The notes below the pieces were generated by a model. The model did no database searches, had not been told where the DNA came from, and was given only the letters and a program-made list of their open reading frames with translations. From positions 1 through 45,831 of the forward strand of contig JAAKFL010000002.1 of assembly GCA_011065065.1 (NCBI GenBank): 45,831 nucleotides of DNA, in the 5' to 3' direction. The stretch comes from Chlamydiota bacterium. GTDB taxonomy: Bacteria > Chlamydiota > Chlamydiia > Chlamydiales > SLFE01. Of this stretch, positions 44,874 through 45,831 are shown piece after piece; position 1 is the first letter of the stretch, and each line of letters begins with the position of its first letter. The translations under genes were made by a program, and so were the position numbers.

Positions 44874-45831
44874 ATTTTTTAAAAAAACCATTTTTTCTTG
44901 GTAAAGCCAAGTTACCCAATAATATTTTTTATTCGCCTTTAGCGGGTTGTTCAGACTTTCCGTTTCGTCAGATGACGTCTCGATATCAGCCGGGAATCAT
45001 CTATTGCGAGATGGTGAAGATGGAGGCTTTAATCCGGAATGATCCGAACACGTTTCGTCTTCTTGATTACGACAAGTCCATGCATCCTATTGGTGGGCAG
45101 CTTGTTGGGAGTAATCCCAAAATTGCGGGACAAGCAGCGAAGATGATTGAAGAGTTGGGATTTGACTCGGTGGATCTCAATTGTGGGTGTCCTGTGGATA
45201 AGGTGACGAAGGATGGAAGTGGTTCAGGTTTGTTAAGGACACCAGAGTTGATTGGTGAGATTCTTATGGAGATGGTGGCAGCAGTGGAAATTCCGGTTAC
45301 GGTGAAGATCCGCGCGGGATGGGATGAGTCATCGATTAATGCTCCATTGGTGACACAAATTGCGGAACAGGCTGGAGCTAAAGCGATTACAATACATGGA
45401 CGGACACGAAAGCAGGGGTATAGTGGCCCTGCGAATTGGGATTGGATACGGGAATGTGTCGAAGTGGCTGATAAAATTAAGGTTGTGGGGAATGGCGATG
45501 TCACTTCTGGCGAAGCTGCATTGAAGATGTTTGAAACCACGGGATGTGACGCGGTGTTGGTTTCACGTGGGACCATGGGGCAACCGTGGATTGTTCAAGA
45601 TATTATTGACTTTTTGTCTGGAAAAGAAGTAAAGGAACGGACCTTAGAAGAGGCTCGAGAGGCACTTCTCGACCACTATCGACTTGTTTTGGATTACCAG
45701 AGATTGCGAAAAGCGACTGTGGATGCTCGCAGAATAGGCTGTTGGTATTTAAAAAAGGCTCCTGGCACAAAAAGTTTTCGTCAACAAATTAGTTGTGTAG
45801 AGTCTCCAGAACAGGCTCTCGATTTGATTCG
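44870..45831 (+). CDS. dusB: tRNA-dihydrouridine synthase (DusB-like), 3'-truncated by the window edge
   Basis: Hand translation from the GTG at 44870 (overlapping the yggT stop, GTGA) gives ...YSPLAGCSDFPFRQM...GGQLVGSNP...VDLNCGCPVDKV...ITIHGRTRKQGYSGPANW...NGDV.... It is open to the end of the window. It is not in the ORF track; the - strand ORF 45067-45576 is its shadow. Confidence 0.85.
   Translation, partial: MNFLKKPFFLGKAKLPNNIFYSPLAGCSDFPFRQMTSRYQPGIIYCEMVKMEALIRNDPNTFRLLDYDKSMHPIGGQLVGSNPKIAGQAAKMIEELGFDSVDLNCGCPVDKVTKDGSGSGLLRTPELIGEILMEMVAAVEIPVTVKIRAGWDESSINAPLVTQIAEQAGAKAITIHGRTRKQGYSGPANWDWIRECVEVADKIKVVGNGDVTSGEAALKMFETTGCDAVLVSRGTMGQPWIVQDIIDFLSGKEVKERTLEEAREALLDHYRLVLDYQRLRKATVDARRIGCWYLKKAPGTKSFRQQISCVESPEQALDLI

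Noticed and set aside
45067-45576. 169-aa - strand ORF near the right edge
   Set aside because: It is the antisense shadow of the + strand dihydrouridine synthase gene, which has clear Dus motifs. The ORF's translation is low-complexity and rich in Ser, Thr and Pro.

Overview
This 45.8-kb chromosomal segment reads like an environmental, amoeba-associated member of the Chlamydiae. That placement is an inference from three observations: a thrS / ParA-like ATPase / pGP6-D-related gene run (the chromosomal paralogue of the chlamydial plasmid partition pair), a cysteine-rich outer-membrane beta-barrel protein, and several eukaryote-like proteins. All product calls come from motif recognition by eye, since no search was possible. 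The housekeeping backbone is nnr, gpsA, a translationally coupled recC-recB-recD operon, an LplT-like MFS/acyltransferase fusion, thrS, purB, tatA-tatC, ung, tRNA-Pro(GGG), ispA, eno, recA, a 5-formyl-THF cyclo-ligase, yggT and a partial dusB. Candidate host-interaction or accessory genes sit between these. They are two tandem signal-anchored GT92 (DUF23) glycosyltransferases, an FBXL-type LRR protein, and a RAP-domain protein with four near-identical 37-aa (111-bp) FASTK/heptatricopeptide-like repeats. There is also a sphingomyelinase-like EEP-fold protein whose catalytic residues appear substituted, and a roughly 986-aa orphan protein with papain-like motifs in Cys..His..Asn order. The most striking non-coding signal is a dense set of very long intergenic palindromes placed at gene 3' ends. 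One family has five full copies and one solo arm, with arms built from tandem 8-9-nt ATCCT units. Two larger MITE-like inverted repeats have perfect arms of 46 bp and 39 bp, and each encloses exactly 84 nt. One of these supplies the last codons and the stop codon of the EEP-like gene. I saw no CRISPR array, rRNA, transposase, integrase or phage gene.
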